A stretch of DNA of 62,731 nucleotides, the filler included, from Candidatus Woesearchaeota archaeon (GTDB lineage: Archaea; Nanobdellota; Nanobdellia; Woesearchaeales; JACPBO01): NCBI GenBank assembly GCA_016180285.1. It is 4 parts of 3 records of this genome, joined end to end, with 100 filler letters (N's around TTAATTAATTAA, not from the genome) between each part and the next. Parts side by side here need not be neighbours in the genome. Positions count along the whole stretch, not along the records: positions 15,670 to 33,228 come from JACPBO010000002.1; positions 33,329 to 49,968 come from JACPBO010000035.1; 2 more parts are not named here. One strand, given 5' to 3'. Shown in pieces: positions 31,384-40,877 of this stretch (positions are counted from its first letter, which is position 1; each line of letters begins with the position of its first letter). Below the pieces are notes generated by a model. The model searched no databases and was not told the origin of the DNA. It saw only the letters and a program-made list of their open reading frames with translations. The position numbers and the translations under genes were made by a program.

Positions 31384-31979
31384 TGGATAACAAAGAAATC
31401 AATAAAAAAGTTGCTGAAGGCTGGCTTCATACAAGGCTGATCGTTGAAATGCTTGGAAAGCCAAAGGAGCATTTGGATCAGACTATGAAGCATTATATTG
31501 AGAAGTTAAAAGGCGATAAAGACATAGTCCTTATAAAAGAAGAATATTCGGAGCCGGAAGACAAGGAAGGCATGTTTGCGGAGTTTGTAGAGCTTGAGAT
31601 GCTTTTCAGAAGCATAGAAGCGCTTACATTTTTCTGTTTTGATTACATGCCTTCAAGTGTGGAGATAATCGCCCCTGAAAAAATTTCTTATGTCACAAGA
31701 GATGTCATGGCGTTCTTGAATGACCTGCAGGCAAGGCTTCATACAATTGATCTGAAGCTGAAAACTGTGCTGCAGGAAAACATGAATCTCACCCATAATG
31801 CTTATACTTTGCTGAGGAATCTAGTCCTGCTTTCAGTAAGGCAGGGAAACAAGACATCAGATGAATTATCAAAAATTACAGGACTAAAGCCTGAAGACCT
31901 GACAAAATTCCTGGATACGTTTGAAAAAGAAGAGAACAAAATAAAAAAAGAAGGGGACAAATACACGGCAGTCAGATAA
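31380..31979 (+). CDS. Conserved archaeal hypothetical protein
   Basis: VEMLGKPKEH and FDYMPSSVEII motifs. Start approximate. Confidence 0.7.
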   Translation: MMDNKEINKKVAEGWLHTRLIVEMLGKPKEHLDQTMKHYIEKLKGDKDIVLIKEEYSEPEDKEGMFAEFVELEMLFRSIEALTFFCFDYMPSSVEIIAPEKISYVTRDVMAFLNDLQARLHTIDLKLKTVLQENMNLTHNAYTLLRNLVLLSVRQGNKTSDELSKITGLKPEDLTKFLDTFEKEENKIKKEGDKYTAVR

Positions 31980-31989
31980 AAAAGGCAAA

Positions 31990-32844
31990 ATGGACAAAAA
32001 AGAGGTTGAAGCATTATTATTCTCATCTGGAAGGAAGATGGAAGTTGAAGAGATAGCGAAATTATGCCATTCTAACCCGGAGTTTGTAAGAGAGCAGCTT
32101 ATAGTCCTTCAGGCAGAGTATGAAGAAAAGGAATCGCCTTTGATGCTTGTTGAGGAAGGCAATAGCTGGAAGCTAACTGTAAGGGAGAAATATCTTGATC
32201 TTGTAAAAAACATTGTTACAGAAACAGAATTGAGCAAAAGCTGCATGGAAACACTTGCAGTTATAGCATTCAAGTATCCTGTTGTGCAGGCTGATGTCAT
32301 AAAGATAAGGACAAACAAGGCATACGAAGACATCAAGCTATTGGAAGAAGCAGGATATGTTGTAAAAGAGAAATTCGGCAGGACTTTTAAATTGAAACTA
32401 ACAGAAAAATTCTTCCAGTATTTTGACCTTCCTGAAAAAGACCTGAAAGAGAAGTTTTCTGACTTTAAGCAGATTGAAGAAGCTATTGAGCAGAAGGAAA
32501 AAGATATTGAAGAAGCAAAGCAGAAAAACATCGAGAAAATAAAGCAGGAAAAAGACGAAACTGAAAAAAAGAGAAAAGAAGCCGAAGAGGAGATCGAAAA
32601 GCTTGACAAGCTCGAAGTTTTTGAAGAGCCAAGGATTGAAGAGGATAAAGAGAAGCTCGGCGAATTAGAAGTTGTTGATGAGCCTGAAGAAGAGGAGAAA
32701 GCAGAAGAAGAGCAAAAGGAAACAGAAACCGAAGAAGAGTCAGCTGAAGAAGCCAGCGAAGAAGAACAAGACGAATCTGGGGAAGAAGATTCAGAAGAAA
32801 CAAAAGATGATCCGAGCAAAGAAAATAGCAAAGAGGAAGAATGA
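31990..32844 (+). CDS. scpB: SMC-Scp complex subunit ScpB with acidic tail
   Basis: VEALLF, ETLAVIAFKYPV and TEKFFQYFDL motifs. Confidence 0.9.
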   Translation: MDKKEVEALLFSSGRKMEVEEIAKLCHSNPEFVREQLIVLQAEYEEKESPLMLVEEGNSWKLTVREKYLDLVKNIVTETELSKSCMETLAVIAFKYPVVQADVIKIRTNKAYEDIKLLEEAGYVVKEKFGRTFKLKLTEKFFQYFDLPEKDLKEKFSDFKQIEEAIEQKEKDIEEAKQKNIEKIKQEKDETEKKRKEAEEEIEKLDKLEVFEEPRIEEDKEKLGELEVVDEPEEEEKAEEEQKETETEEESAEEASEEEQDESGEEDSEETKDDPSKENSKEEE

Positions 32845-33014
32845 TGCTTCTCTTAAAATGCCCCAAATGCAGGCAGGAAATGAAATACCAAAATAAGGAT
32901 GGAATTCTTACAAAGAAGATCAAGAAATGCGTTTACTGCGGGCATAGCTATAAAGTTGGAGATAATATTAAATGGATATCCTTAGTTAAAGACGATGGTG
33001 ACAAAATAAAATGA
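32841..33014 (+). CDS. Small Zn-ribbon protein (57 aa, not in the ORF track)
   Basis: MMLLLKCPKC...KKCVYCGHSY. ATGA overlaps at both ends. Confidence 0.7.
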   Translation: MMLLLKCPKCRQEMKYQNKDGILTKKIKKCVYCGHSYKVGDNIKWISLVKDDGDKIK

Positions 33015-33228
33015 ATCCCTCAGATAAAGCATTAGTTGTATTTCAGAGCAAGAAAATTCGAAGAACTTGGTTTAAAGATGAATGGCAGTATTCTCTAGTT
33101 GATATAGTCCAAGCTTTAACAGATAGTGCTAATCCTACCGATTATCTGAAAAAACTGCGTAAAAGAGATGAAGAGCTTGGAAGCTACCTAGGGACAAATT
33201 GTCCCCATGTAGAAATGCTGACTGAAAC
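33011..33228 (+). CDS. Bro-N domain protein, 3'-partial
   Basis: FQSKKIRRTWFKDEWQYSLVDIVQALTDS.NP.DY pattern. Truncated by the linker. Confidence 0.75.
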
Positions 33229-33328
33229 NNNNNNNNNNNNNNNNNNNNNNNNNNNNNNNNNNNNNNNNNNNNTTAATTAATTAANNNNNNNNNNNNNNNN
33301 NNNNNNNNNNNNNNNNNNNNNNNNNNNN
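33229..33328. other. Artificial contig linker
   Basis: N-run with TTAATTAATTAA. Confidence 0.98.
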
Positions 33329-33620
33329 TCAAAAAAATCGGCAATCTGTCCCAAAATAAAAAACCGCATGCTATCGACACTGAAATCTCTCCCCTTTTCT
33401 TTTTCTGCTCAAAATCATTATCCTGATATATAGGACAACCAATCTTTCTCATAAAGGATCTGGAGAAAGCTCTATATTTTACCTGTTTATTCCTATGAGC
33501 GGGCTTGCCTTCATTGAGGAATCCACCAGATACTATACGTACAGCTACTGAACGCCCTTTCAGACCAATTGTTTTTCTTATTATAGTTTGGTGAGTAGAT
33601 TTTCTGAATTTTTCAGTCAT
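33329..33620 (-). CDS. Hypothetical protein, 3'-partial
   Basis: ATG preceded by GAGGG. Frame open to the contig edge. Confidence 0.4.
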
Positions 33621-33914
33621 TGAAACCCCTCGTAATTAATACTACATCTCTTATATAATCTTTGAATTTTTTATGTAATTTTATGGTCTTGTTATAGGAT
33701 GAACATCCTCTTTATAAATCTTTTGATTTTTTTATCTTTTATCAGTAGTAAACTTTTATAAAAAACCACATATTTTTATGTATAACTGGGTTATGTTATT
33801 CTGGCCCATGATGGCAAAATAATTAAAAAATAAAAAAACTTGACAAATGTTAAAAGAAGGTGTTCAGACAAACCAATAATTTTAAATATACCTGATGCAT
33901 CTATAATCTAAGAA

Positions 33915-34193
33915 AATATGGTGTGTATGTGGGGGTTAAAATACCCTAAATCATCATATTTAAAGTTTAAAAACGTTAAAAAACAATTAATAGTCATAAA
34001 AAAGCAAAAATAGGCTGAAAAATCAAAATTAAGGTCAATTTAACTTTATTTATTATTTTTTCATTGAAAAAAGGAAAAAATAGCCGTTAAAGAGAAAAAT
34101 AAGCCTGTTCTAGCTTTTTGGAAGGAAGCATCATGATTACACTTTCATTCGATATTTGCATAGATGAGAATGAATTAGCATGCTCCTTCTAGA
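33915..34193 (+). ncRNA. Candidate structured leader or ncRNA upstream of dnaG
   Basis: Three complementary arm pairs: AATATGGTG/CATCATATT, AAAAGC..ATAGGCT/AGCCTGT..GCTTTT, and GGAAGGAAGCAT/ATGCTCCTTCT with inner TTCATTC/GAATGAA. Confidence 0.4.
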
Positions 34194-34212
34194 TTGATTA
34201 TTGGAGGAAAAA

Positions 34213-35475
34213 ATGGGAAAAATAGCACCGGTTTCGTCAAAGTACATAGTTCACTCGGCCATAGAAATAGAGGGCGTAGTTGATAAGCCTGATGTGATTG
34301 GGGCAATATTCGGGCAGACAGAAGGCCTGCTTGGAGCAGATCTAGAGCTGAGAGAGCTGCAAAGAAGCGGAAAAATTGGAAGAATAGAAGTTAATCTTGA
34401 AACAAGAAGCGGCAAAACAACAGGATCAATAATAATTCCGTCTTCATTGGACAAGGCAGAAACATCAATAATAGCGGCATCGCTTGAGATAATCCAAAGA
34501 ATAGGGCCGTGCAATGCTAAAACAAAAATACAGAACATTGAAGATGTAAGGGTTTCAAAAAGAAGCTTTGTTGTAGAGAGGGCAAAAGAACTTTTAAAAA
34601 GCCTTATTGACACAACAATGCCGGATTCGCAGGAGCTTGCGGATGAAGTGGCTTATTCTGTAAGGGTTATGGAAATATCCGAATACGGCGAAGACAGATT
34701 GCCAGCAGGCCCGGCAATTGACGAGTCTGATGAAATTGTTGTTGTTGAAGGCAGGGCAGATGTTCTCAATTTATTGAAGCACGGCATAAAAAATGCAATA
34801 GCAATGAACGGGACATCAGTGCCGCAGACAATTATTGACTTAAGCAAAAGAAAAACAATTACAGCATTTGTTGACGGCGACAGAGGCGGAGACTTAATCT
34901 TAAAGGAATTGCTTTCTGCAACAGACATAGACTATGCAGTAAAAGCGCCTGACGGAAAAGAAGTTGAAGAGATAACAAAGAAAGAAATCCATAAGGCACT
35001 TAGAAGCAGAATAAGCGCAGAGCAGCTGAAGCTGGATGTTTCAAGAAGCGCAGAAAGCGAATCCAGAACGCCAACAGCAGCAGGCAGAATCATTGCATCG
35101 CAGAGGCAGGTAATGCCGGCGCAGCCTGTGCAGCAATCAAGGCCTTCTTATACAGCACCTCCGATAAGAAAAACAGCAGCAACTCCTGAGGAAAAGAAAA
35201 TATTCAAGGGAATGCTTGAAGACCTTATAGGGACGCGCGCAGCCTACATCCTTGATGAAAAATCAAATACTCTTGGAAAAGTTCCGGTGTCAGAATTGCT
35301 GACAACAATCAAAAGCCTTGGCGCAGGCTGCTATGCAGTTGTCTTTGACGGCATACTTGACAGGGCATTGGTGCAGATTGCTGAAAGATCAAGCATAAAG
35401 CACCTGATTGCAATGGACTCAAAAGTCAGGAATACAGAGACGAGGATCAATATCTTGACAAGCGCAGAGCTTTAG
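34213..35475 (+). CDS. dnaG: Archaeal DnaG (TOPRIM primase-like, exosome-associated)
   Basis: VDKPDVIGAIFGQTEGLLG, VVEGRADV and FVDGDRGG motifs. GGAGG SD before the ATG at 34213. Confidence 0.95.
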   Translation: MGKIAPVSSKYIVHSAIEIEGVVDKPDVIGAIFGQTEGLLGADLELRELQRSGKIGRIEVNLETRSGKTTGSIIIPSSLDKAETSIIAASLEIIQRIGPCNAKTKIQNIEDVRVSKRSFVVERAKELLKSLIDTTMPDSQELADEVAYSVRVMEISEYGEDRLPAGPAIDESDEIVVVEGRADVLNLLKHGIKNAIAMNGTSVPQTIIDLSKRKTITAFVDGDRGGDLILKELLSATDIDYAVKAPDGKEVEEITKKEIHKALRSRISAEQLKLDVSRSAESESRTPTAAGRIIASQRQVMPAQPVQQSRPSYTAPPIRKTAATPEEKKIFKGMLEDLIGTRAAYILDEKSNTLGKVPVSELLTTIKSLGAGCYAVVFDGILDRALVQIAERSSIKHLIAMDSKVRNTETRINILTSAEL

Positions 35476-35510
35476 TTTTATTTTTTTATTTATTTTTTTA
35501 ATGGGCTGAA

Positions 35511-36002
35511 ATGGAATTTTTAGACATAGTCGATGAAAAGGACAAGGCCATAGGCAGAGCTTCTAAAAAAGAAATCTATGAAAAAAAGCTTCTTCACAGG
35601 ATAGTTCATGTTCTCGTTTTCAACAATAAAGGCGAAATGGCTCTGCAGTTAAGAAGCAGATACGCATCTTTTTGCCCGCTGCATTGGTGCACAAGCGCAG
35701 GCGGCCATGTCAGATCAGGAGAAAGCTATGAAGAAGCAGCTTTAAGGGAGCTGAAAGAAGAAATCGGGACTGCGGCCAAGATTGATTTTGCGCACAAAGA
35801 CATTTACACTGTTTCAGGCAATTTCAAAAAATTCCTAGCTACGTTTAAAACTGAGTTTAATGGATCATTCAGAATTAATCCTAAAGAGGTCGATAGGGTA
35901 GAATTTTTCAGTTTAGATGAAGTTCAAAAAATGGTAAGCAGCGGAGAGAAATTCCATCCGGAGCTTTTATTCTTGTTAAGAAAATATTTTAATATTAGTT
36001 GA
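35511..36002 (+). CDS. Nudix hydrolase (IDI-like)
   Basis: LLHRIVHV and GGHVRSGESYEEAALRELKEEIG Nudix box. Confidence 0.9.
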   Translation: MEFLDIVDEKDKAIGRASKKEIYEKKLLHRIVHVLVFNNKGEMALQLRSRYASFCPLHWCTSAGGHVRSGESYEEAALRELKEEIGTAAKIDFAHKDIYTVSGNFKKFLATFKTEFNGSFRINPKEVDRVEFFSLDEVQKMVSSGEKFHPELLFLLRKYFNIS

Positions 36003-36026
36003 TTTCAATTTTTGGTTTTTGACATA

Positions 36027-36413
36027 TTATCTTAATTCTGCTATGGCTAATGTTTCATTCAGTGTTTCGTATTCCTGATGATCTTGAAAGCTTTCATCTC
36101 CCGATATATGGGCCGTTGTTACTGATTTATCTTCATTCAGTACAATTTTTCCATCTTTGATAGTTATCTGACTTTTTCGTGTTTCGTACATAATTATGCA
36201 GTCTTCTCTAGCAACTGCTGGAATGAGAAATTGTAAAAATCCAAATTCAGATTTTCCATGATAAGCTCCTACTTGTTCTTTTTCACCATATTTCCATAAA
36301 GGTTCATTTTGATAAATAATATTGACAGCATCTCCTCTCATGAGTATTTCTAAATCTTCTAAATTTTCTAAAAGCTGTATTTTTATTTTCCTTTTCGTTT
36401 CGCTACATTGCAT
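36027..36413 (-). CDS. Hypothetical protein
   Basis: 128-aa ORF with no recognised motif. Confidence 0.5.
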   Translation of the reverse strand: MQCSETKRKIKIQLLENLEDLEILMRGDAVNIIYQNEPLWKYGEKEQVGAYHGKSEFGFLQFLIPAVAREDCIIMYETRKSQITIKDGKIVLNEDKSVTTAHISGDESFQDHQEYETLNETLAIAELR

Positions 36414-36470
36414 TAAAAAATCAACTCTTTTTAGTATTCAGAGGCAGCTAACAGCGATCGTATGCTATAA

Positions 36471-37445
36471 TCAAGAACTGCGCAATAAGCCGTAATTAAC
36501 TGTTATCTTTGCCTCGCTCCTTAATTTTGCCAAATAAGCTGCGAACTCGTTATTCAATCTCAGTTCTTTTAACTTATTTTTAACATCCTCTTTTATTTCC
36601 ACATAAGGAGGGATTCTTTCTATTGTCTTGTTGAGCAGCTTAACGAAATTATAGCCGTCTGGAGTCGGCACAGGGTATTTTGTTATCTCGCCAATAAGGA
36701 GATTGAAAACAACCTTTTCAAAAGCCTCATCCAGCATTCCTCTTTTGATGACATAAATCCCGTTTGTATTGTCATCTGAAAAATTAGCTATGAATTCATC
36801 AAAGTTGCTTATATTTGTTGTGTTGTGGGAGAAAATCTTTGCGCCTATCTCGTTGGCTTTTTTAGATGCTTCTTCAGGCGCCATATCGTCTTTTTTGATC
36901 AACAATCGCTGTATTGTGAAGCTTTCCTCACTCTTGAATTGATTCTTGTTGCTGTTGTAATAGCTTTCGGCTTCCTCTTCAGTCGCATTTATGAAAGGCG
37001 TAATTTTTTTATCTATCAGCCTCTGTATGATTGTCTGCTTTTTGTACTGGTTTTGCAGGTCTTTCAATGCCATTCCGTTTTGGGCAAGCCTTGCCTGTAA
37101 TGTTTCCATATCTACTCCGTTTTTCGAGAGCATGGCATATATCAAGTCATTAATCTCCTCATCAGAGGCAGATATTCCTTCCTTTGCAGCAGCCTGCAGC
37201 AGCACTTTCTCATTCATTGAAAGATTAAGAACCATGTCCTTTGTGACTAAAGGATAGCTTTTTTGTATGTTGGTGTATTCTTTATTGATGTCTTCCAGGT
37301 ACATCTTTTCGCCATTCACAGTTGCAATGACCTGCTTTTTTGTTTTGCTGACAGAAAAAGCAATTAGTATGATGACTATCAACGCAATAATCCCCAATAT
37401 AACAAACAGGCTGCTCTTCTTCACCCTCAACTTTTTTTCCTTCAT
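36471..37445 (-). CDS. SurA/PrsA-like parvulin foldase
   Basis: N-terminal TM, IATVNGE, SurA-N-like helices and a degenerate rotamase region (FEKVVFNL..GEI..PV.T..GY). Confidence 0.8.
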   Translation of the reverse strand: MKEKKLRVKKSSLFVILGIIALIVIILIAFSVSKTKKQVIATVNGEKMYLEDINKEYTNIQKSYPLVTKDMVLNLSMNEKVLLQAAAKEGISASDEEINDLIYAMLSKNGVDMETLQARLAQNGMALKDLQNQYKKQTIIQRLIDKKITPFINATEEEAESYYNSNKNQFKSEESFTIQRLLIKKDDMAPEEASKKANEIGAKIFSHNTTNISNFDEFIANFSDDNTNGIYVIKRGMLDEAFEKVVFNLLIGEITKYPVPTPDGYNFVKLLNKTIERIPPYVEIKEDVKNKLKELRLNNEFAAYLAKLRSEAKITVNYGLLRSS

Positions 37446-37539
37446 TGCATAATCAGCAAAAATAATTGGTTAATAAATCTATCGTTTTTTTAGCAAAAAA
37501 CAACAACATTTTTAAATAAAAACATTCTACTTGGTGATT

Positions 37540-37752
37540 ATGGCAAAAAGAACTGCAATAATCCCGCGAGCGGCAGTTGCAAGGATATTGATCAAGAACG
37601 GAGCTGGCCGCGTAGGAGAAGACGCTATAGACGCATTTAGGGAAGTTCTCGAAGATACTGCGAAGGATATTGCAGCAAGATCAGTGCAGGTTTCTAAGCA
37701 CGCTGGAAGGAAAACAATACATGAAGAAGATATAAAGCTCGCAGTTAAGTAA
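37540..37752 (+). CDS. Archaeal histone
   Basis: IPRAAVARI...GAGRV...HAGRKTI..EDIKLA histone fold. Confidence 0.95.
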   Translation: MAKRTAIIPRAAVARILIKNGAGRVGEDAIDAFREVLEDTAKDIAARSVQVSKHAGRKTIHEEDIKLAVK

Positions 37753-37786
37753 CCTTTAAATATTGTTTCTTATTCTTTTGCTATAT

Positions 37787-37888
37787 GGGCTCGTAATTCA
37801 ACCTGGTAGAATACGCCCTTGGCTAGGGTGAGATTCGGGTTCAAACATTCATGGGGAAACTCAGAATTTGAAAGTCCCGGCGAGTCCA
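37787..37888 (+). tRNA. tRNA-Ala(GGC) with 29-nt T-loop intron (37846-37874)
   Basis: G3:U70 acceptor pair. Anticodon arm CGCCC-TTGGCTA-GGGTG. BHB-like TTCA AA^C...TGAA AG^T. Confidence 0.85.
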
Positions 37889-37894
37889 TCCAAT

Positions 37895-38071
37895 GGGCCC
37901 ATAATTCAGCGGTAGAATGCTCCGTTCGCTGCGGGGATGTCTCGGGTTCAAATCAGCTTTTTTTGCATAGCAAAAAAACCTGGGAAAATGCGGTTTGCTT
38001 ACCTTCGGGCGCAAACCTAGGATTTTCCTTCGGAAAATCAAAAAAAGCGAGTGAAAGTCCCGATGGGTCCA
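37895..38071 (+). tRNA. tRNA-Ala(CGC) with 105-nt T-loop intron (37953-38057)
   Basis: G3:U70 pair. Anticodon arm CTCCG-TTCGCTG-CGGGG. Same TTCAAA^...TGAAAG^TCCCG junctions as its neighbour. Confidence 0.85.
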
Positions 38072-38081
38072 TTAATTTAAA

Positions 38082-39770
38082 ATGAGGAAACAGATGACAA
38101 CAAAGGAAATGAAAGAGAAAACTCTGCCTGTTATTGCTTTAACGAAGAAGGGGAGGGAGAAAGAGAATCTTATTGCTTCTTCTGCAAAAGAAGGGATTTG
38201 GTTTAAGTTATCAGATATCCCGAATACAAATTATATTTCTTTATTTGCCTATAATTTAATCAATCCTATTCGAGATTATCCCTTAGTGAATGCTGGCGAA
38301 TATATTAAAGAAGGATTTGTTGAGTGGAATAATGGCGCTGCTTCTTATTATCTTAAAAGAGATCAGTTTAACAAAGCGGCAGATATTTTATCAGGATTTA
38401 TAATTAACATGACAAAAGAGCACAAAAATAGAGTTGCAGAGTACCGCAAATTAGCTAAAGAGCTTATGAATGAATCAGAAAGATTTAGGGCATTAGATTT
38501 TGCTAAGATGTCTAATTTGGAAATGGTTTCAGAATTCAAAAAATTAGCAGAACTCCAAAGGAAAAATCATTTGATTGGAGGCATCTTAACATTTCTTCCA
38601 GATGAAGAACAGCAGAGAGTATCAAATGCAGTCCTAAATAAAATACGAGATTTAATTGAAACCAGTAAAAAGGACTTAGATTTAACTGAATGCTGGAGTA
38701 TCTTAACTGCTCCCAGAGAAGAGAGTTTCCGGGAAAAAGAAGAGAAGGAACTTTTAGAAATTTGCATTGAAATTCTTAAAGACAAGAAATTTTCAGGTAA
38801 AGCTTTTTCAAAAGACAAGTTAATTTTATCTATTAAGAAACAAAAACCTATTTTATACAATAAATTAATTAAACATTATAAAAAATATTGCTGGATACCT
38901 TATATGTATATAGGTCCCGAAGAGGACATTACACATTTTTTTGAAAGAGTTGATGAATTCATAAAAATTGGTTTAGCAAAAGCTAAAGATCTGTTAAACC
39001 AAATAGAAAAGAAGCATAGGAAGATTGAATCTAAACAGAATGAGGCTCTTTCTAGTTTTAAGCCAAATAAAAAAGATAAAGAGTTACTTAGATTTGCTTC
39101 AGAGTTAGTCTGGCTAAAAGGCTATAGAAAAGATACATTTTATCATCTTTTTTATTGTTACGAGCCTTTTTTAAGAGAGGCTGCAAAGAGAATTGGAACA
39201 ACATTTGAATTAATTGGATTTCTATTTCCTTGGGAGTTTGAAGAGGCATTACTCTTGCATAAGCATACAAATTTTGAATTAGAACTAAGAAAGAAGCGCA
39301 GCTTGTATTACATTGATAAGGATAAAATCATATTCTATTATGGAAGAGAAATTGATGATTTCAAAAAAGAGATTTTAAGTGAAGGTATAAAAACAGAAAC
39401 CGATATTCTTATAGGGATGGTAGCTTATCCAGGATATGCTGAGGGAATTGTCAGTGTTATTGAGACAGTTGAAGATATGAAAAAAATGAATTTCGGCAAC
39501 ATCTTAGTATCGCAGATGACTAGCCCGAATATAGTGCCTGCAATGAAGAAAGCTGCAGCGATTATAACTGATACAGGAGGTTTAACGTGCCATGCCTCTA
39601 TTTTATCCAGAGAATTCAATATACCTTGTATTGTTGGGACTAAGTATGCAACAAAAATTCTCAAAGATGGTGATTTAGTTGAAGTTGATGCTAATAATGG
39701 CATCGTAAAGATATTAAAGAAAGCGGAGAAGGATTTTGGCAACATAAAAAAAACAAAAAAAGCCCGTTAG
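38082..39770 (+). CDS. Protein with C-terminal PEP-utilising mobile (phospho-His) domain
   Basis: AIITDTGGLTCHASILSREFNIPCIVG motif. No ATP-grasp domain recognised. Confidence 0.85.
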   Translation: MRKQMTTKEMKEKTLPVIALTKKGREKENLIASSAKEGIWFKLSDIPNTNYISLFAYNLINPIRDYPLVNAGEYIKEGFVEWNNGAASYYLKRDQFNKAADILSGFIINMTKEHKNRVAEYRKLAKELMNESERFRALDFAKMSNLEMVSEFKKLAELQRKNHLIGGILTFLPDEEQQRVSNAVLNKIRDLIETSKKDLDLTECWSILTAPREESFREKEEKELLEICIEILKDKKFSGKAFSKDKLILSIKKQKPILYNKLIKHYKKYCWIPYMYIGPEEDITHFFERVDEFIKIGLAKAKDLLNQIEKKHRKIESKQNEALSSFKPNKKDKELLRFASELVWLKGYRKDTFYHLFYCYEPFLREAAKRIGTTFELIGFLFPWEFEEALLLHKHTNFELELRKKRSLYYIDKDKIIFYYGREIDDFKKEILSEGIKTETDILIGMVAYPGYAEGIVSVIETVEDMKKMNFGNILVSQMTSPNIVPAMKKAAAIITDTGGLTCHASILSREFNIPCIVGTKYATKILKDGDLVEVDANNGIVKILKKAEKDFGNIKKTKKAR

Positions 39771-39771
39771 A

Positions 39772-40395
39772 ATGAACAATAAAGACATAGAAAAACTAAA
39801 AAAGCTGGCAGAACCTTATTTTAAAGGCTGCGACCCGGACAGATGGCCCCATACATTGAGAGTTCTTGATATTGCAAGGCATCTTCAGAAAAAAGAAGGC
39901 GGTGATCTGGATATCATAGAGGCAGCAGCTATACTGCATGATGTTGCTTTGAGCAAAACAGGCAAAGAAAATTTAAAAAAAGGAAGGATATTGTGCCATG
40001 CAGCTGAAGGCTCTAAGCTTGCTGAACAAATTCTGAGAAGAATAGGCTTTGATGAAGAAAAAATAAAAAAAATAAAGCACTGCATAGAAGTCCATAGGTG
40101 GAGCAAGGACCTTAAAGCGGAAACAACAGAAGCGCAAATAATAAAAGATGCGGATAGGATTGATGCAATTGGCGCTATAGGGATAGCAAGGGCGTTTGAT
40201 TATGGCTCAGAAGACAGGAAGCCCTTTGTTTCAGATGATGATTTTTCGACTTTTTACCATATAAAAAACAAGCTGATGAAGGTTGATGAAACTTCTGTTG
40301 GCACAGAAACTGCAAAACGAATAATTAAAAAAAGACTTGAGTTTACAAAACTATTTGTAAACGAATTTGAAAAAGAAATAGAAGAGATAAAATGA
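39772..40395 (+). CDS. HD-domain phosphohydrolase
   Basis: HTLRV, AAILHDV, H and DADRIDAIGAIGIAR motifs. Confidence 0.9.
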   Translation: MNNKDIEKLKKLAEPYFKGCDPDRWPHTLRVLDIARHLQKKEGGDLDIIEAAAILHDVALSKTGKENLKKGRILCHAAEGSKLAEQILRRIGFDEEKIKKIKHCIEVHRWSKDLKAETTEAQIIKDADRIDAIGAIGIARAFDYGSEDRKPFVSDDDFSTFYHIKNKLMKVDETSVGTETAKRIIKKRLEFTKLFVNEFEKEIEEIK

Positions 40396-40871
40396 TCGGC
40401 ATTATATCAGACACACACGACAATATTCCGAACATAAAGAAAGCTGTTGATATTTTTAAGAATAGAAAAGTTGATCTTGTGATTCATCTTGGAGATGTTA
40501 TTGCGCCTGTTACAGTTCTTTATTTTAAAGGATTAAAAATGAAATTTATAAAGGGAAACTGCGACGGCGATATAGAAATGATAAATGAAAAGATAAAAGA
40601 GATTGATAGCGAGTTTCTTGGAGTTTCTTCTGAGCTGAATCTGTCAAACAAAAAACTATTTTTGATCCACAAGCCTGACAGCATTAATGAGCTTGCGCAT
40701 TCCGGAAAGTATGACTATATCCTGCACGGGCATGACCACAGGGCAAAAGACGAGAAAATAGGAAAAACAAGGATCATAAACCCCGGAACGCATTATCTCG
40801 GGAATCCTATACATACGATTGCACTGCTGGATCTGGAAAAAGACAAGGTGGAGTTTATTGGGATAACATAA
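40392..40871 (+). CDS. YfcE/MJ0936-family metallophosphoesterase
   Basis: ISDTH, HLGD, GNCD, HGHDH and INPG motifs. Confidence 0.9.
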   Translation: MIGIISDTHDNIPNIKKAVDIFKNRKVDLVIHLGDVIAPVTVLYFKGLKMKFIKGNCDGDIEMINEKIKEIDSEFLGVSSELNLSNKKLFLIHKPDSINELAHSGKYDYILHGHDHRAKDEKIGKTRIINPGTHYLGNPIHTIALLDLEKDKVEFIGIT

Positions 40872-40877
40872 ATAAGC

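Noticed and set aside
32109..32923. Long Ser/Phe/Leu-rich antisense ORFs
   Set aside because: Shadow frames of the GAA-rich ScpB acidic tail.
33620..34200. SRP RNA, RNase P RNA or replication origin
   Set aside because: Too AT-rich and lacking the conserved motifs of those RNAs. No repeated ORB boxes or adjacent orc1/cdc6 gene are seen.
37819..38085. Track ORFs 37819-38085 (+) and 37841-38041 (-)
   Set aside because: They overlap the two tRNA-Ala genes and are spurious.
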